The notes: generated from the sequence alone by a model not told the origin. A stretch of DNA of 63,003 nucleotides, filler included, from 7 parts of 7 records of this genome joined end to end with filler, not necessarily neighbours in it; one strand, 5' to 3'; shown: positions 49,899-61,019, counted from the whole stretch's first letter. Made by a program: numbers and translations.

Positions 49899-50692
49899 GC
49901 GACGTACTCGAACGTATCTGTAACGACAAACGCGATCATATCGCTGCCTGCAAGGCGCGAAAGTCACTTGCCGACCTCGAAACCGCCGCCAGATCGCAAT
50001 CCGCCCCACGCGGCTTCATTAGGGCGCTTGAAACATCGGTTGCGGATGGTCGTTACGGCCTGATTGCCGAGATTAAAAAGGCATCCCCGTCCAAGGGCCT
50101 GATCCGCCCGGATTTCAATCCGCCCGTTCTAGCACAGGCCTATAAGGCCGGTGGGGCAAGTTGCCTGTCGGTCCTGACCGACATCCCCTATTTCCAGGGC
50201 GATGACAGCTATCTGATCGCGGCACGTGCCGCCGTTGACCTGCCGGTCCTGCGCAAGGATTTCATGCTTGACCCCTATCAGGTGACCGAAGCCCGGGCGT
50301 TGGGTGCCGATTGCATCCTTCTGATCATGGCAGCCCTCGAAGACGCTCAGGCCGCCGAGCTTGAAGACGCAGCAAACAGCCTTGGCATGGATGTCCTGAT
50401 CGAGGTGCACAACGCCCCGGAACTCGAACGCGCCCTGAAACTGAAATCAAAGCTTCTCGGCGTGAACAACCGCAATCTGAAAACGCTCGAAGTCTCCCTG
50501 ACCACGACCGAAGAACTCGCTGGTATGGTCGATGACAGCCGGATGCTGGTCGCCGAAAGCGGCCTGTTCACACACGATGACCTCGCCCGCATGGCAAAGG
50601 TCGGCGCGCAATGCTTCCTGATCGGCGAAAGCCTGATGCGTCAGGACGACGTAACCGCCGCCACCCGCAATATTCTTGGCCTCGCGGCCTGA
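49895..50692 (+). CDS. trpC: indole-3-glycerol phosphate synthase
   Basis: [29 protein letters not shown] and AESG. Confidence 0.97.
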   Translation: MSDVLERICNDKRDHIAACKARKSLADLETAARSQSAPRGFIRALETSVADGRYGLIAEIKKASPSKGLIRPDFNPPVLAQAYKAGGASCLSVLTDIPYFQGDDSYLIAARAAVDLPVLRKDFMLDPYQVTEARALGADCILLIMAALEDAQAAELEDAANSLGMDVLIEVHNAPELERALKLKSKLLGVNNRNLKTLEVSLTTTEELAGMVDDSRMLVAESGLFTHDDLARMAKVGAQCFLIGESLMRQDDVTAATRNILGLAA

Positions 50693-50712
50693 TACCGTTA
50701 CAGGATACAGGC

Positions 50713-51192
50713 ATGGCAGACAAACTTTCGCATATCGACGCTGCTGGTAATGCCGTCATGGTCGATATTTCGGCCAAGACCGATACCGCGCGCGTCGCCA
50801 TCGCAAAGGGCCGTGTCCTGATGTCGGCGGAAACGGCCCGGCTGATTGCCGAACGCGGCCATAAAAAGGGCGACGTTCTTGGCATCGCCCAGCTTGCCGG
50901 GATTATGGGGGCCAAGAAAACCGCTGACCTGATCCCGCTTTGCCATCCCCTGCCTCTAACCTCGGCCGAAGTCACGCTGGAACTCGCAACTGACACCGAT
51001 GCGGTAGATATTGTCGCGACATGCAAAACCACCGGCAAAACCGGGGTGGAAATGGAAGCCCTGACCGCCGTTTCCGTTACCGCACTTACCGTGTTCGATA
51101 TGTGCAAGGCGGTCGATAAAGCCATGCGGATTACCGATATTCGCGTTGTCCACAAGGAAGGCGGAAAGTCGGGTACTTTCACCGCCGACTGA
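50713..51192 (+). CDS. moaC: cyclic pyranopterin monophosphate synthase
   Basis: [29 protein letters not shown] and GGKSG. Confidence 0.97.
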   Translation: MADKLSHIDAAGNAVMVDISAKTDTARVAIAKGRVLMSAETARLIAERGHKKGDVLGIAQLAGIMGAKKTADLIPLCHPLPLTSAEVTLELATDTDAVDIVATCKTTGKTGVEMEALTAVSVTALTVFDMCKAVDKAMRITDIRVVHKEGGKSGTFTAD

Positions 51193-51280
51193 TCCCTGGA
51201 AATACCCAAATTTCGTTTCTTGACCGAAAGAATGCCCTTAAACGGTGATTTTTCGGGTTGTGGTGCTTGACGAACAAGCA

Positions 51281-51295
51281 GAACCAAAGTAGAAC
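51281..51295 (+). promoter_or_regulatory. alphaproteobacterial SOS box
   Basis: GAAC-N7-GAAC upstream of lexA. Confidence 0.85.
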
Positions 51296-51339
51296 ATTTA
51301 TGTATTCGGTTTGTTCTTATTACTGGTTCGGAAAAAATC

Positions 51340-52047
51340 ATGCTGACGCGCAAGCAATACGAATTGCTGGTCTATATCGATAATTACCTTCGCGATCATG
51401 GCATCTCGCCCTCTTTTGACGAGATGAAAGAAGCCCTGAGCCTGAAATCCAAATCCGGCATTCATCGCCTGATCACCGGGCTTGAGGAACGCGGTTTTAT
51501 TCGCCGTCTCGCCCATCGGGCCCGCGCGCTCGAAGTCCTGCGTCTTCCGGATAATAATGATGACGACGCCGCGGAAACGCCCAACAATGTTACCTCTATC
51601 GCCTCCGCGCGAAAGGCTGCGCATCGGCCGGCAACCGTGCCTTCGGCCTTTTCGGAATCGGGTGAATCCGTTTCCCTGCCGCTGTTTGGCCGGATTGCGG
51701 CGGGTACCCCGATCGAAGCCCTTCGCGATCAGACCACAATGGTGCAGGTCCCGGCAGCGCTTCTGGGAACCGGCGATCACTATGCGCTTGAAGTTTCCGG
51801 TGATTCGATGATCGATGCCGGTATTCTCGATGGCGACACCGTCCTGATCCAGCGTTGCGAACAGGCCAATGATGGCTCCATCGTTGTCGCACTGGTCGAC
51901 GACGCCGAAGCCACTCTGAAACGCCTGAAACGTGGCCGTGGCGAAGTTCTGCTGGAACCGGCCAATGCGCGTTATGAAACGCGCGCGCTGTCGCCTGATC
52001 GTGTCCGCATTCAGGGACGTCTGATCGGTTTGCTCCGCCAATACTGA
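51340..52047 (+). CDS. lexA: LexA repressor
   Basis: [30 protein letters not shown] and EATLK. Confidence 0.97.
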   Translation: MLTRKQYELLVYIDNYLRDHGISPSFDEMKEALSLKSKSGIHRLITGLEERGFIRRLAHRARALEVLRLPDNNDDDAAETPNNVTSIASARKAAHRPATVPSAFSESGESVSLPLFGRIAAGTPIEALRDQTTMVQVPAALLGTGDHYALEVSGDSMIDAGILDGDTVLIQRCEQANDGSIVVALVDDAEATLKRLKRGRGEVLLEPANARYETRALSPDRVRIQGRLIGLLRQY

Positions 52048-52079
52048 TAGAATACCGAATAAACCGAACAAACCGAAAG

Positions 52080-52112
52080 AAACGCCGTCGGCCTTGCCTG
52101 GCGGCGTTTTTT
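52080..52112 (+). terminator. intrinsic (probably bidirectional) terminator
   Basis: AAACGCCGTC/GGCGGCGTTT stem followed by a T run. Confidence 0.8.
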
Positions 52113-54276
52113 ATTTGACCACCCTGCCCCCGATGATAATCCACGGCCAGATGCCGGACGTTTCACGCACGGTTTCGATCACCGGGGCAGCATCGGGCCG
52201 CAACGCAACCGAGACGCCCCCCTGCCACCACAACAGGTCATCATCGATGACAGTCACATCCGGCGCACAGATATCACGCGGCATATCGCGTTTCAGGCTG
52301 ATGATCATATCGCCATGGCGGCATGCATAGAACGGATTGGCAAGATCATTGGCAATGATCACCTGCCGTCCGGCGATCCTGACGGAACAAACCGTTGCGT
52401 CGCATTTTTCGATGACATTGCCGGCATCATGATCGGCGATACCAAATCGCGCCATCCAGACCGACTGCTGAAAATCCGAAATGCCTTCGGGCAGGACAAG
52501 TTTGTCGCGCACCCTGTCGCGAATTGCCCAGCTTTCCTGATCCCCCGAAACCAGAATATCCGCCGGGCGATACAGGATTTGCGCCGCAATCGCCACGCAT
52601 AACGGAATGACAGCCAACCGGGCAATCGCGTTCCCCCGCCAGACCAGCCACCAGGCCATCGCCATCATGATGCCGATGGCAAATACGGCACTAAACTGCT
52701 CGACATGCCAAAGCCCCCAGGCCTGATCGGCGGCAAGGCTTGCGGTTTCAATCAACAATGTCAGTCCCGGCTTCATCAACCACAATGCCAGTCCCCCGGC
52801 TCCGAACGGCATCAGAACAAGCGTCGCCACAATCAGCGGCATCACCCAGAACGCCATCACCGGAATGGCAATCAGGTTGGACACGATCCCGATCATCGAA
52901 ATCCGCCCGAAATGAAACCCGATGATCGGCGCGGTCACCGCCGTAACCAGCAACCCGGTCATCACCAGCCCGGCAAAAAACAGCCAAAGCCGGAATAGCC
53001 ATGACCGATCCCCCGACTTGTCAAACCATCGCCTGCCCGGACCATCATAAAACGCCACCAGAACCGACACCGCCGCAAAGGAAAGCTGAAAGCTTGGCCC
53101 CAATACCGCATCGGGCCGCAGGATCAGAACAACCAGCGCCGCAAACGCCACCAACCGCAACGATATCGCCCGCCGATCCAGCAGCAACGCAATCCAGACA
53201 ATCGTCAACGTCACAAAGGCACGCTGCGTCGGCACACTGGCCCCTGACAGGCCAAGATAGATCACGGCTGCTCCCATCGCCCCGATAGCCGCCCATTTCT
53301 TGATCGGAAACCGCAGCGCAAGGGCGGGAATGGCCGCCATGCCAAACCGCAGGAAAAAGAAAACCGTCCCGCTTAAAAGCCCCATATGCAGCCCGGAAAT
53401 CGCCAGAAGATGCGCCAATCCCGATTTGCGAAGATCATCGGCAATTTTCGCACTGACATCGCCGCGTTCGCCGACAATCAGTGCCTTGGCAATCCCGGCC
53501 TCTGCGCCGGTAAGGCTCTGATCGATTGCCGTCATGATCGTCAGGCGCAGACTTTCGATCCGGTCCGAAACCGGCTGCATCATTCCTGTTTCGGCCTTCT
53601 TGGTCACACTATATTTATGGCCGAAAACAAACCCGGTCGCCCCGATCCCGTCCAGATATAATCCGCGTGAAAAATCCGGGTCGCCCGGCGCGGAGGCCGC
53701 GCGCAACGGAAACAGCCGTGCCGTTGCCACGATATGATCCCCAACGGAAAGCTCATCCCCACCCGGAAGGCTCAATCGCACCTTCCAGTCAAATGCCCGG
53801 TCCTCAAGCCCCGCGATCCGCATTGGTGCCACGGTCATGCGCATCCGCCCGCCCCGTGGTTCCAGAAGCGTGATGTCGCCCTCGATCTCTGTCATGTAAA
53901 GCGTCTTGGTCAGAAGCCCGGATGGCGCCCTTTCAAGATGGATGGATGCAATCAGCAACCCGCCACAAAAACCCGCCAGCAGCAGAATGCCAAAGAATGG
54001 CAAAACCCAGCGTCGCGAAATCCACAATCCGGACAGCAAAAGAATCACCGCAAGGCCGGCTTGCTGTACCGTCAGGCGCGCAGGAAGTGAAAAATACGCC
54101 GCACATCCCAACCCGAAGAATATAACCGTGCACAGGATCCAGGAATTTCTGCGCGCGGCCAACAACAATCCTGTTTGCGAAAATATTCTCGCAACATATT
54201 GATTTTTATTAATTCCATCACGACTTATTCGACGAATGTACAATAGCCTGCCCGGCGCACAGTTTCTATCTATCAT
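52111..54276 (-). CDS. comEC: ComEC/Rec2 competence protein (start uncertain)
   Basis: GLAHLLAISGLHMG, PTQRA and SFQLSF; lies between lexA and gltX. Confidence 0.9.
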   Translation of the reverse strand: MIDRNCAPGRLLYIRRISRDGINKNQYVARIFSQTGLLLAARRNSWILCTVIFFGLGCAAYFSLPARLTVQQAGLAVILLLSGLWISRRWVLPFFGILLLAGFCGGLLIASIHLERAPSGLLTKTLYMTEIEGDITLLEPRGGRMRMTVAPMRIAGLEDRAFDWKVRLSLPGGDELSVGDHIVATARLFPLRAASAPGDPDFSRGLYLDGIGATGFVFGHKYSVTKKAETGMMQPVSDRIESLRLTIMTAIDQSLTGAEAGIAKALIVGERGDVSAKIADDLRKSGLAHLLAISGLHMGLLSGTVFFFLRFGMAAIPALALRFPIKKWAAIGAMGAAVIYLGLSGASVPTQRAFVTLTIVWIALLLDRRAISLRLVAFAALVVLILRPDAVLGPSFQLSFAAVSVLVAFYDGPGRRWFDKSGDRSWLFRLWLFFAGLVMTGLLVTAVTAPIIGFHFGRISMIGIVSNLIAIPVMAFWVMPLIVATLVLMPFGAGGLALWLMKPGLTLLIETASLAADQAWGLWHVEQFSAVFAIGIMMAMAWWLVWRGNAIARLAVIPLCVAIAAQILYRPADILVSGDQESWAIRDRVRDKLVLPEGISDFQQSVWMARFGIADHDAGNVIEKCDATVCSVRIAGRQVIIANDLANPFYACRHGDMIISLKRDMPRDICAPDVTVIDDDLLWWQGGVSVALRPDAAPVIETVRETSGIWPWIIIGGRVVK

Positions 54277-54369
54277 CGGCTGTGGTGCAACACCGCCGCA
54301 TATGTGTTATAGCGTGCACGCCAAAAGTCATTACGACAAGCAACAACATCCAGCCAACGGATAGAGTGA

Positions 54370-54396
54370 ATGACGGTTGTTACCCGTTTTGCCCCG
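54370..54396 (+). CDS. gltX: glutamyl-tRNA synthetase, N-terminal fragment
   Basis: MTVVTRFAP; conserved position divergent from comEC. Confidence 0.75.
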
Positions 54397-54496
54397 NNNN
54401 NNNNNNNNNNNNNNNNNNNNNNNNNNNNNNNNNNNNNNNNTTAATTAATTAANNNNNNNNNNNNNNNNNNNNNNNNNNNNNNNNNNNNNNNNNNNN
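54397..54496. other. artificial contig spacer
   Basis: N44-TTAATTAATTAA-N44. Confidence 0.99.
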
Positions 54497-54498
54497 CC

Positions 54499-54597
54499 GA
54501 CGAGAATGAAGAGTTCTTATACTTAGGTAGCACTGACGGTACCTACTACGGCATCCGTCAGAAGGACTCCACCAAGGTATCGCTGAAAGGGAACTAA
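54499..54597 (+). CDS. C-terminal fragment of a possible PQQ-repeat/beta-propeller protein
   Basis: Manual translation gives DENEEFLYLGSTDGTYYGIRQK...*. Confidence 0.4.
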   Translation, partial: DENEEFLYLGSTDGTYYGIRQKDSTKVSLKGN

Positions 54598-54769
54598 AAT
54601 GCGCGTGTAAATTTGCAAATCCCATACTTTCATTAAAATACTTAAATTGTTGTGTTGTAACTTTGCGTGTGTTTCTTTATTTGAAGGAAGCTGCTGCCTG
54701 ATATGTTTCCCCTCCCTATTTTTTCTCTCACTCATCACAAAAAGAACAGAATTCTCTCAAAACAAAATC

Positions 54770-55714
54770 ATGTTGGATTCAGGTGTATCGACAGGTGTTT
54801 TCATGAGTGCGTTGGCGCAGTACGCCATCTCCTCTGTCGGTATGATGCTCGGTAACAAGATGGCCGTCGGAGCTCTCCCTCTTCCATGTCTGCTTACCCT
54901 AATTCAAGTCATCGGCACGCTGGTACTAATGGGCGTATTCTTCCGCTCCCAAGTGGACCGAATCACTATCTCAGGCGCCAAGGAGTGGGCGCCAATTGCA
55001 GCCCTTTTTACCGCCATGATGGTGACGAGCATGTTAGCATTTGCCTATGCGTCAGTGTCAGCGATCCTTATCTTTAGGAACATCGGTGCCATTGTGACCT
55101 CTTTGGTAGAGTACAAGGTGCGGGGCGTCATGATCACCAAGGAGGTGCTGGCATCGGAGGTTGTCATTGTCCTGGGGGCGATGTTGTACGGATGGAAATC
55201 TGCGTCCTTCAAACCTATCGGATTTGTGCTGATTATAATGAACGTCGTTGTGCAAGTCGGGTACGGAGTTCTCCTAAAGCACAAGATGGACAAGAGTCCA
55301 AGGATCAAGGAAATGAATAAATTCACAATGTCCACCTACAACAATATTATGGCCGTCCCTGCTTTGATGGTGCTGGTGGTGATGTTTGGGGAGGGTGGAT
55401 CCCTTCCCCTCGAGAATGGGCTCACTGGGGCCCAAATCGGCCTCATCGCGGTCACTTGCATTCTGGGATTCATGATCTCTACCTCCGGCTTCGGCCTCCA
55501 AAAACTAGTCTCTGCCACTGCATTCCTCATCATCAACAATACAACGAAGTTTTTAAATATCGCCCTCGGGATGATCTTCCTTCAGGATAGGCTGATCGGG
55601 TGGACGGATTGGACAGGGTGTGTGATGGCGTTTGCAGGGGGTTTTTTGTACTCCTACGTGACAGCGCGGCAATCTGCGGCAGCTGCAGCTGCCTCCCCTC
55701 GGTCAGAAGCTTAA
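54770..55714 (+). CDS. eukaryotic nucleotide-sugar transporter (GDP-mannose/LPG2/GONST-like)
   Basis: Y..SS..M...NK, W.P...LF..M..TS, IFRN, YNN and SAT; about 10 TMs; uninterrupted ORF. Confidence 0.8.
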   Translation: MLDSGVSTGVFMSALAQYAISSVGMMLGNKMAVGALPLPCLLTLIQVIGTLVLMGVFFRSQVDRITISGAKEWAPIAALFTAMMVTSMLAFAYASVSAILIFRNIGAIVTSLVEYKVRGVMITKEVLASEVVIVLGAMLYGWKSASFKPIGFVLIIMNVVVQVGYGVLLKHKMDKSPRIKEMNKFTMSTYNNIMAVPALMVLVVMFGEGGSLPLENGLTGAQIGLIAVTCILGFMISTSGFGLQKLVSATAFLIINNTTKFLNIALGMIFLQDRLIGWTDWTGCVMAFAGGFLYSYVTARQSAAAAAASPRSEA

Positions 55715-56069
55715 ATATTTGAGCAGCAGCTACTAGTTACAAAATGACATTATACATGAATGTTTTAAGTAGTGTTCAGACAATTGTCAACATGGCCAGT
55801 GAAAGGAGTAGGCCGAGGAAGAGCCCTGGTACTGTTGGTTGTTTCCCCCCTAACATTGCATTCAAAACATTGAATGTTTAGTGTAAAATGAAACCGGATC
55901 GATACGATTATGTTACCCAGACTATAACCATTGCCAAAAAAAACTTGTGAATTGTGTTACATATGTATCTCGTTGTGAACGTTTTCATCTTTTTATCCCT
56001 CCCCGGAAAGCACTGGTAATTTCCGTTTTATTTCAGTCAATAATAGTAGTCAACATAACATCATTTTAA

Positions 56070-56855
56070 ATGATGAGCTGTCGCTTTCCATCACACATGT
56101 ATGGTCTGGTGATGTTCCTTTTTTTGGTGCAGTCAGTAATTACAGCTGTAGTAAATGTGGGTACAGCATCATCATCACAATCATCACTTGGTGAAACTGA
56201 TGAAGAAATAAAAACAATTTTCAACGACAATTCATCATCATCATCATCAGCTCCTACATTTGGTGATGAGGTTACAATGACCAAACTCCTCCTTGTGACC
56301 AAAGACACCGTCACTCCCACAACGTTAGTGGCAGACATCAGGACAGCACTCGGCGATTCTAATCTGAACGTTACGGTTCTTTTTTGTGAGGCCTCTTCCT
56401 CTGCGCCATCTAATACAACATGCTTCACACGACCATCACCACGAACACAAATGGCCACAACCAAGCTGTGTAGGGTTGGTTTAATGTCACAGGCACAAGC
56501 ATACATAGTAGAAGACAAGGCCAAGAACATGGAAATCGAAGATGTTTTGGATGCGTGTTGCGAAACTCCTCGTCGAAAGAAGAGGGGGCCTCATCATGAC
56601 GACAGAGAAGATGATGATGAGAACTCTACAATAATTATTACCCTTGCCATCGTCGCTGTGGCTGTGGTAGTAGGTATTGGAGCTGTGCTGTTCATGTGCG
56701 TGTATCGACCTGGCACACTTATGCTATACGCAAACAGCAGCACTCAGTCGACAAAAAAGAAGGAGGAGACGTACAGAGATGAGAACACCATTTGTGAAAG
56801 AGAGATGGCCTTGAACATTGACGAACACAACAACAACCAAGCTGAGACAATTTAA
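56070..56855 (+). CDS. hypothetical single-pass type I membrane protein
   Basis: Signal-like N-terminus, Ser-rich stretch, Cys-containing ectodomain and one TM (IIITLAIVAVAVVVGIGAVLF). Confidence 0.65.
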   Translation: MMSCRFPSHMYGLVMFLFLVQSVITAVVNVGTASSSQSSLGETDEEIKTIFNDNSSSSSSAPTFGDEVTMTKLLLVTKDTVTPTTLVADIRTALGDSNLNVTVLFCEASSSAPSNTTCFTRPSPRTQMATTKLCRVGLMSQAQAYIVEDKAKNMEIEDVLDACCETPRRKKRGPHHDDREDDDENSTIIITLAIVAVAVVVGIGAVLFMCVYRPGTLMLYANSSTQSTKKKEETYRDENTICEREMALNIDEHNNNQAETI

Positions 56856-57253
56856 TTTTACATATTGACACACACTTTGAAGGATTGCTTAAACGCCTCC
56901 TCACGGCGAACAAGCCCCCCACCCACCAACCACTAGGTCAGTACAAAAATCCAACAAAAATATGGGCAAAAGGTTTTACCCATCAACTTCGCGTCTACTA
57001 CAACCTATAAAATCATTTTCCTTTGAGTCTCGTAGGCTTTGATTCCTACGAGACCAATGGTTACATATTTTCCTCTAAAGCATAACATTACCGTGTCTTG
57101 TAATATTATTTGTGTGAATCGTGCAGTTAGGCAAACTTCAGAAATTATTATCCCTCATTTTTATTATCGTTTTTAAGTTCATTATCTTTTAACAGTTGTC
57201 ATTTTTATTTAAAGCATACACCGTAAAACAATACTACTCTATAGCACTGCACA

Positions 57254-58731
57254 ATGTGGGATACGTATTGGAACTCGCATCCGGAAATGAAGATGTGGGT
57301 GACTATCAGCCAAATCCGTGAGGTATACCACACTTCCATCGAAGCCCAGCGGCACGTTCTCAAGCACCTTCCTGCCGTTGAGTCCGACAGCCTGGAGGAT
57401 TTTGTAAAAGCCGTGTCCGAATCATACACCCCACCACCTCCCCTAGAAATACCTGGAATGACGATGTCCGCAGCAGAGGCAGCAACCAGTATCTTCAATA
57501 TCATCACCATGTCCATTTGCACTACCAAGCCACATGCCGAAAAGAGAGTGACTGCGTTGAGGCGCAAGCAGGAATTTGCTGGCTGGGTTCTTGAGGATTT
57601 GGACGACATAGAAGACCTCAGAACGTGGCTGCTATGTTGTAATAGAGGGTTCGAGAGCGGCTTTTTGTCTCAACGGAGACGAATATTATGCTCAATATCG
57701 TCGACAAAAATATCAGAAATGCCTCACAGTAGTAGTAGTAGCAGCAGCAACCAGACTCGAATCATTCTTGGGAGAGCCTCTGCAATTGACGGGAGTTGTG
57801 TTGCATGGCACAATACCGCCGACGGAGGACTCCCCCTCATAATTAAGACATACATGAGTATCGCCACCTCAAATCTAAAGAAGCTCTACAAGGAAAAGGA
57901 GGGAAGGGAAGAGCGCCTTGCTAAATTCGGATGCCCGCCACAAAGGAAAAATGCGTGTGTGCCTCGGATTCGCTTCGCTGGCTGGGATCACTTTAGAACA
58001 GGACTCTCCTTCGTGGAATTTGACTCCAGCGAACAAAGAGAACTAGCAATGCATCTCTTTTTCGGCAACACCCAAGCTCAACAGTTCTGTAGGTTTCATG
58101 TAGTTTCGGATTCCGCTCCCAGCTTCTTTCAAACCTCGAAACTTGATGAAGAAGAAGGAAATAAATTTGCTGCAACGCTGAAGCTTTCAGGAGACACAGA
58201 CTCAATGAAAAGGCTGATTAATTCAATCCGAATGGGCATTGATTCGGGACGGCATGGGGGAAGGCCGGAGCATAGCAAGAATGGAGTTCTAAGGGGAGGA
58301 TCCATGTGTGCTCCAATTCAAAACTTGTTTGGGAAGTTTGGGCGATGTGAAGTTGAATTTGTGGACTACAGGCAAATGATCAACGCTCACCTTGAGGAAG
58401 CCACTCGCCTTTCTAGCGAAATAAATGTGGACCGAGTAACACCATCAGGCGATATGGACAGTTTCATTCCTGAAGCGCTGAGATGGAGTAGCTTCGCGGT
58501 CAGTAGATTGGTACAGTCCCTCAAATCTGGAAACGACCCCCAATTGGCAATCCAAGAGTTTGCCTTGAATCAAGGGCACAGCTCTGTGGCTCACAGCGGC
58601 ATTGAAAGCATTCCATTTTTCAAGATCCGCTTTTTGCCGCGACAGGCATCTCCAGAGGCTGCTTCGCTGAACGCGTGCAGTGCGCTGTGGGAGCTGCAAC
58701 CCTACATTGCCTGCGCCTGGGGGCTGACCCT
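57254..58731 (+). CDS. hypothetical protein, 3'-truncated
   Basis: Open frame of about 490 codons reaching the contig end; no motif recognised. Confidence 0.65.
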
Positions 58732-58831
58732 NNNNNNNNNNNNNNNNNNNNNNNNNNNNNNNNNNNNNNNNNNNNTTAATTAATTAANNNNNNNNNNNNN
58801 NNNNNNNNNNNNNNNNNNNNNNNNNNNNNNN
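58732..58831. other. artificial contig spacer
   Basis: N44-TTAATTAATTAA-N44. Confidence 0.99.
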
Positions 58832-58858
58832 TCGTAGGCTTGCCTCGAGGTAGTTGAT

Positions 58859-59896
58859 TTATAAATCAGGGCTCTTTTTTGCTTCCTTTTTTCCGTATTC
58901 ATTTTTATAAATCTTCACCAGTAGTAAAAATAAACTTACTAATAAAGGTCCAAAAATCAATCCTATAAATCCGAATAGAGGAACTCCAATAACTACCCCA
59001 ATTAGGGTTATTAATGGATGTAGATTGGCTAGTTTGTTTTGAACAATTATTCTGAAAACATTGTCAGTAGATCCAACTACTACAGCTCCATATATTAACA
59101 ATCCAATTGCTTGCCAACTCTCCCCTTGAGAGAAAAGCAAAAGAGTTACTGGAAGAATTCCTAAGGCAGTTCCTACAAAAGGAATCATGGAGCCTACAAC
59201 AGTAATTACAAACCAAAACAAAGGATTTTCAACACCAAAAATATAATAACCAATTAAGGCTACAATTCCTTGCATTATGGCTACTAAAGGAATTCCAATA
59301 GCGTTAGATTTTACAATGTCGTTACTCTCTTTAGAAATAGCTTTAATATTATCATCATTTAAAGGAATATAAGCTAGTATCATTTTTTGTAGATTCTTTG
59401 TATTTATCAGCATAAAGTATAATAAAAAATACATAATCCCGAAGGCAATAACAGTATCAAAAGTAGTGCCCGCCAAGCCTTGTATTTGCTCTGATACCCA
59501 TCCAGAAACATCTTTTGCATTTACTTGAGAAAGTATATCAACCCCAACGTAGTCTTCTATTTGCCCTAGTTTTGACTTTACAATGGTGGTAAGTTCTTCG
59601 GAGTTTTGTACTGCCTTTTGTATTTTAGAAGAAAGTAATAAAATGATAAGTGTTACTGGAATGATGATGATAAAGATTGACAAAACAATAATTATAGTGG
59701 CTGCTAGCCAAGGCTTTAATCCTTTGTTTAAAAGCTTACTCATAAAGTTTTTAAACAGTACATATACCGTAATTGCTCCAAGTATTCCAGAGAGATAAGG
59801 AGTCATTTCTTTAGTAATAAGATAGCCGAGAGCAATAATTGCAAACAGCATAAATAATTGGCGTATTAACGCAGGACTCAAACGATCTTTACTCAT
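58859..59896 (-). CDS. AI-2E family transporter
   Basis: IPFVGT, DNVFR, HPLITLIGV.IG and GLIFGPL. Confidence 0.92.
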   Translation of the reverse strand: MSKDRLSPALIRQLFMLFAIIALGYLITKEMTPYLSGILGAITVYVLFKNFMSKLLNKGLKPWLAATIIIVLSIFIIIIPVTLIILLLSSKIQKAVQNSEELTTIVKSKLGQIEDYVGVDILSQVNAKDVSGWVSEQIQGLAGTTFDTVIAFGIMYFLLYFMLINTKNLQKMILAYIPLNDDNIKAISKESNDIVKSNAIGIPLVAIMQGIVALIGYYIFGVENPLFWFVITVVGSMIPFVGTALGILPVTLLLFSQGESWQAIGLLIYGAVVVGSTDNVFRIIVQNKLANLHPLITLIGVVIGVPLFGFIGLIFGPLLVSLFLLLVKIYKNEYGKKEAKKSPDL

Positions 59897-60086
59897 ATCT
59901 TAAGGTTGGCTTTAGTTTTAAAGTTACTTAAAGTTATGATATAAGTTGTTAATGTAGATATAAATTTCCTTTCTGAAAGAGATTTAAGTACTTTGTAACT
60001 TGTTATAAGGTTGGCTTAAACTTGCCTGTTAAAATACTTCTAGAATTCCTGCTAATACCCTCTATTCTTGTTTTGAGGAGGACTAT

Positions 60087-61019
60087 TTAATCTTTATTCT
60101 TAACAGATATGAAGTCTTTAACTTGAACTCGTGTTTTAGGAAAGCTTTCAGGATAATTTGTTTGGATATATGTTATTAATTTTTCTCTTACAAATACCCG
60201 TAAATCCCATGCTTTTGGGGAACTACTGGCACTCATGAGGGCTCTTATTTCTACGTAGTTTTCTTTTGCGTCTGTAACTTGAAGTACGTTTGCTTTTCCG
60301 TCCCATAAATTGGTGCTATTGAGTAAGCGGGTAAGTTCGTCTCGTAACTTGTCAAAAGGAACGTTGTAATCGGTATAAATAAAGACGGTGCCAAGGATGT
60401 CGGAGTTATTCCGGGTCCAATTCTGAAAAGGTTTTTCGATAAAATAGGTGGTTGGGAGTATCAATCGGCGTTTATCCCAGATTCTTACAACTACAAATGT
60501 TAACGAAATTTCTTCTACCCATCCCCATTCTCCTTCTACAACTAAAACATCGTCTAAACGAATAGGTTGTGAAATTGCTATTTGAAGTCCTGCAAGAATG
60601 GTTCCAATTACTTTTTGAGCAGCTAAACCTAAAATAATACCGGCAATACCAGCAGAGGCAAATAAGCTTAGTCCTATTTTTCGGACGCTTTCAAAAAGCA
60701 TTAAAGTAACTGCCACCGCAATAATAATGATGATAAATATTATAATTCGCTCTAGAATATTAAACTGTGTATAGAGTTTTCTAGCGTTGAGGTTGTTTTC
60801 ACTATTAATATCATATCTACGTAAGTATCTTGCTTTTAAGACTCTTAAAATAACTATGAGAGTCCAGGCTACACTAATTATTAAAAGTATGGAGCTTAGC
60901 TTTCCTACAATTAGAGAAGTTTCTTCGTTAAAATTTAAAAAGGTGTTTGCACCCGATTTAAAAAATATGGAGAGTGCAAATAGTAAGATTGGTGTAATGA
61001 ATCGTTTTAACTGCTTCAT
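60087..61019 (-). CDS. MscS family mechanosensitive channel
   Basis: SAGIAGIILGLAAQ, QPIRLDD, GWVEEI and FQNWTR. Confidence 0.92.
   Translation of the reverse strand: MKQLKRFITPILLFALSIFFKSGANTFLNFNEETSLIVGKLSSILLIISVAWTLIVILRVLKARYLRRYDINSENNLNARKLYTQFNILERIIIFIIIIIAVAVTLMLFESVRKIGLSLFASAGIAGIILGLAAQKVIGTILAGLQIAISQPIRLDDVLVVEGEWGWVEEISLTFVVVRIWDKRRLILPTTYFIEKPFQNWTRNNSDILGTVFIYTDYNVPFDKLRDELTRLLNSTNLWDGKANVLQVTDAKENYVEIRALMSASSSPKAWDLRVFVREKLITYIQTNYPESFPKTRVQVKDFISVKNKD

Noticed and set aside
57027..57054. 10-bp inverted repeat GTCTCGTAGG/CCTACGAGAC in a eukaryotic spacer
   Set aside because: Single short occurrence with no supporting context.
58832..58858. GC-richer imperfect palindrome (TCGTAGGCTTGCCTCGAGG) at the start of the flavobacterial contig
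   Set aside because: May be the edge of a REP/IS200-like repeat, but it is truncated and single-copy here, so it cannot be supported.
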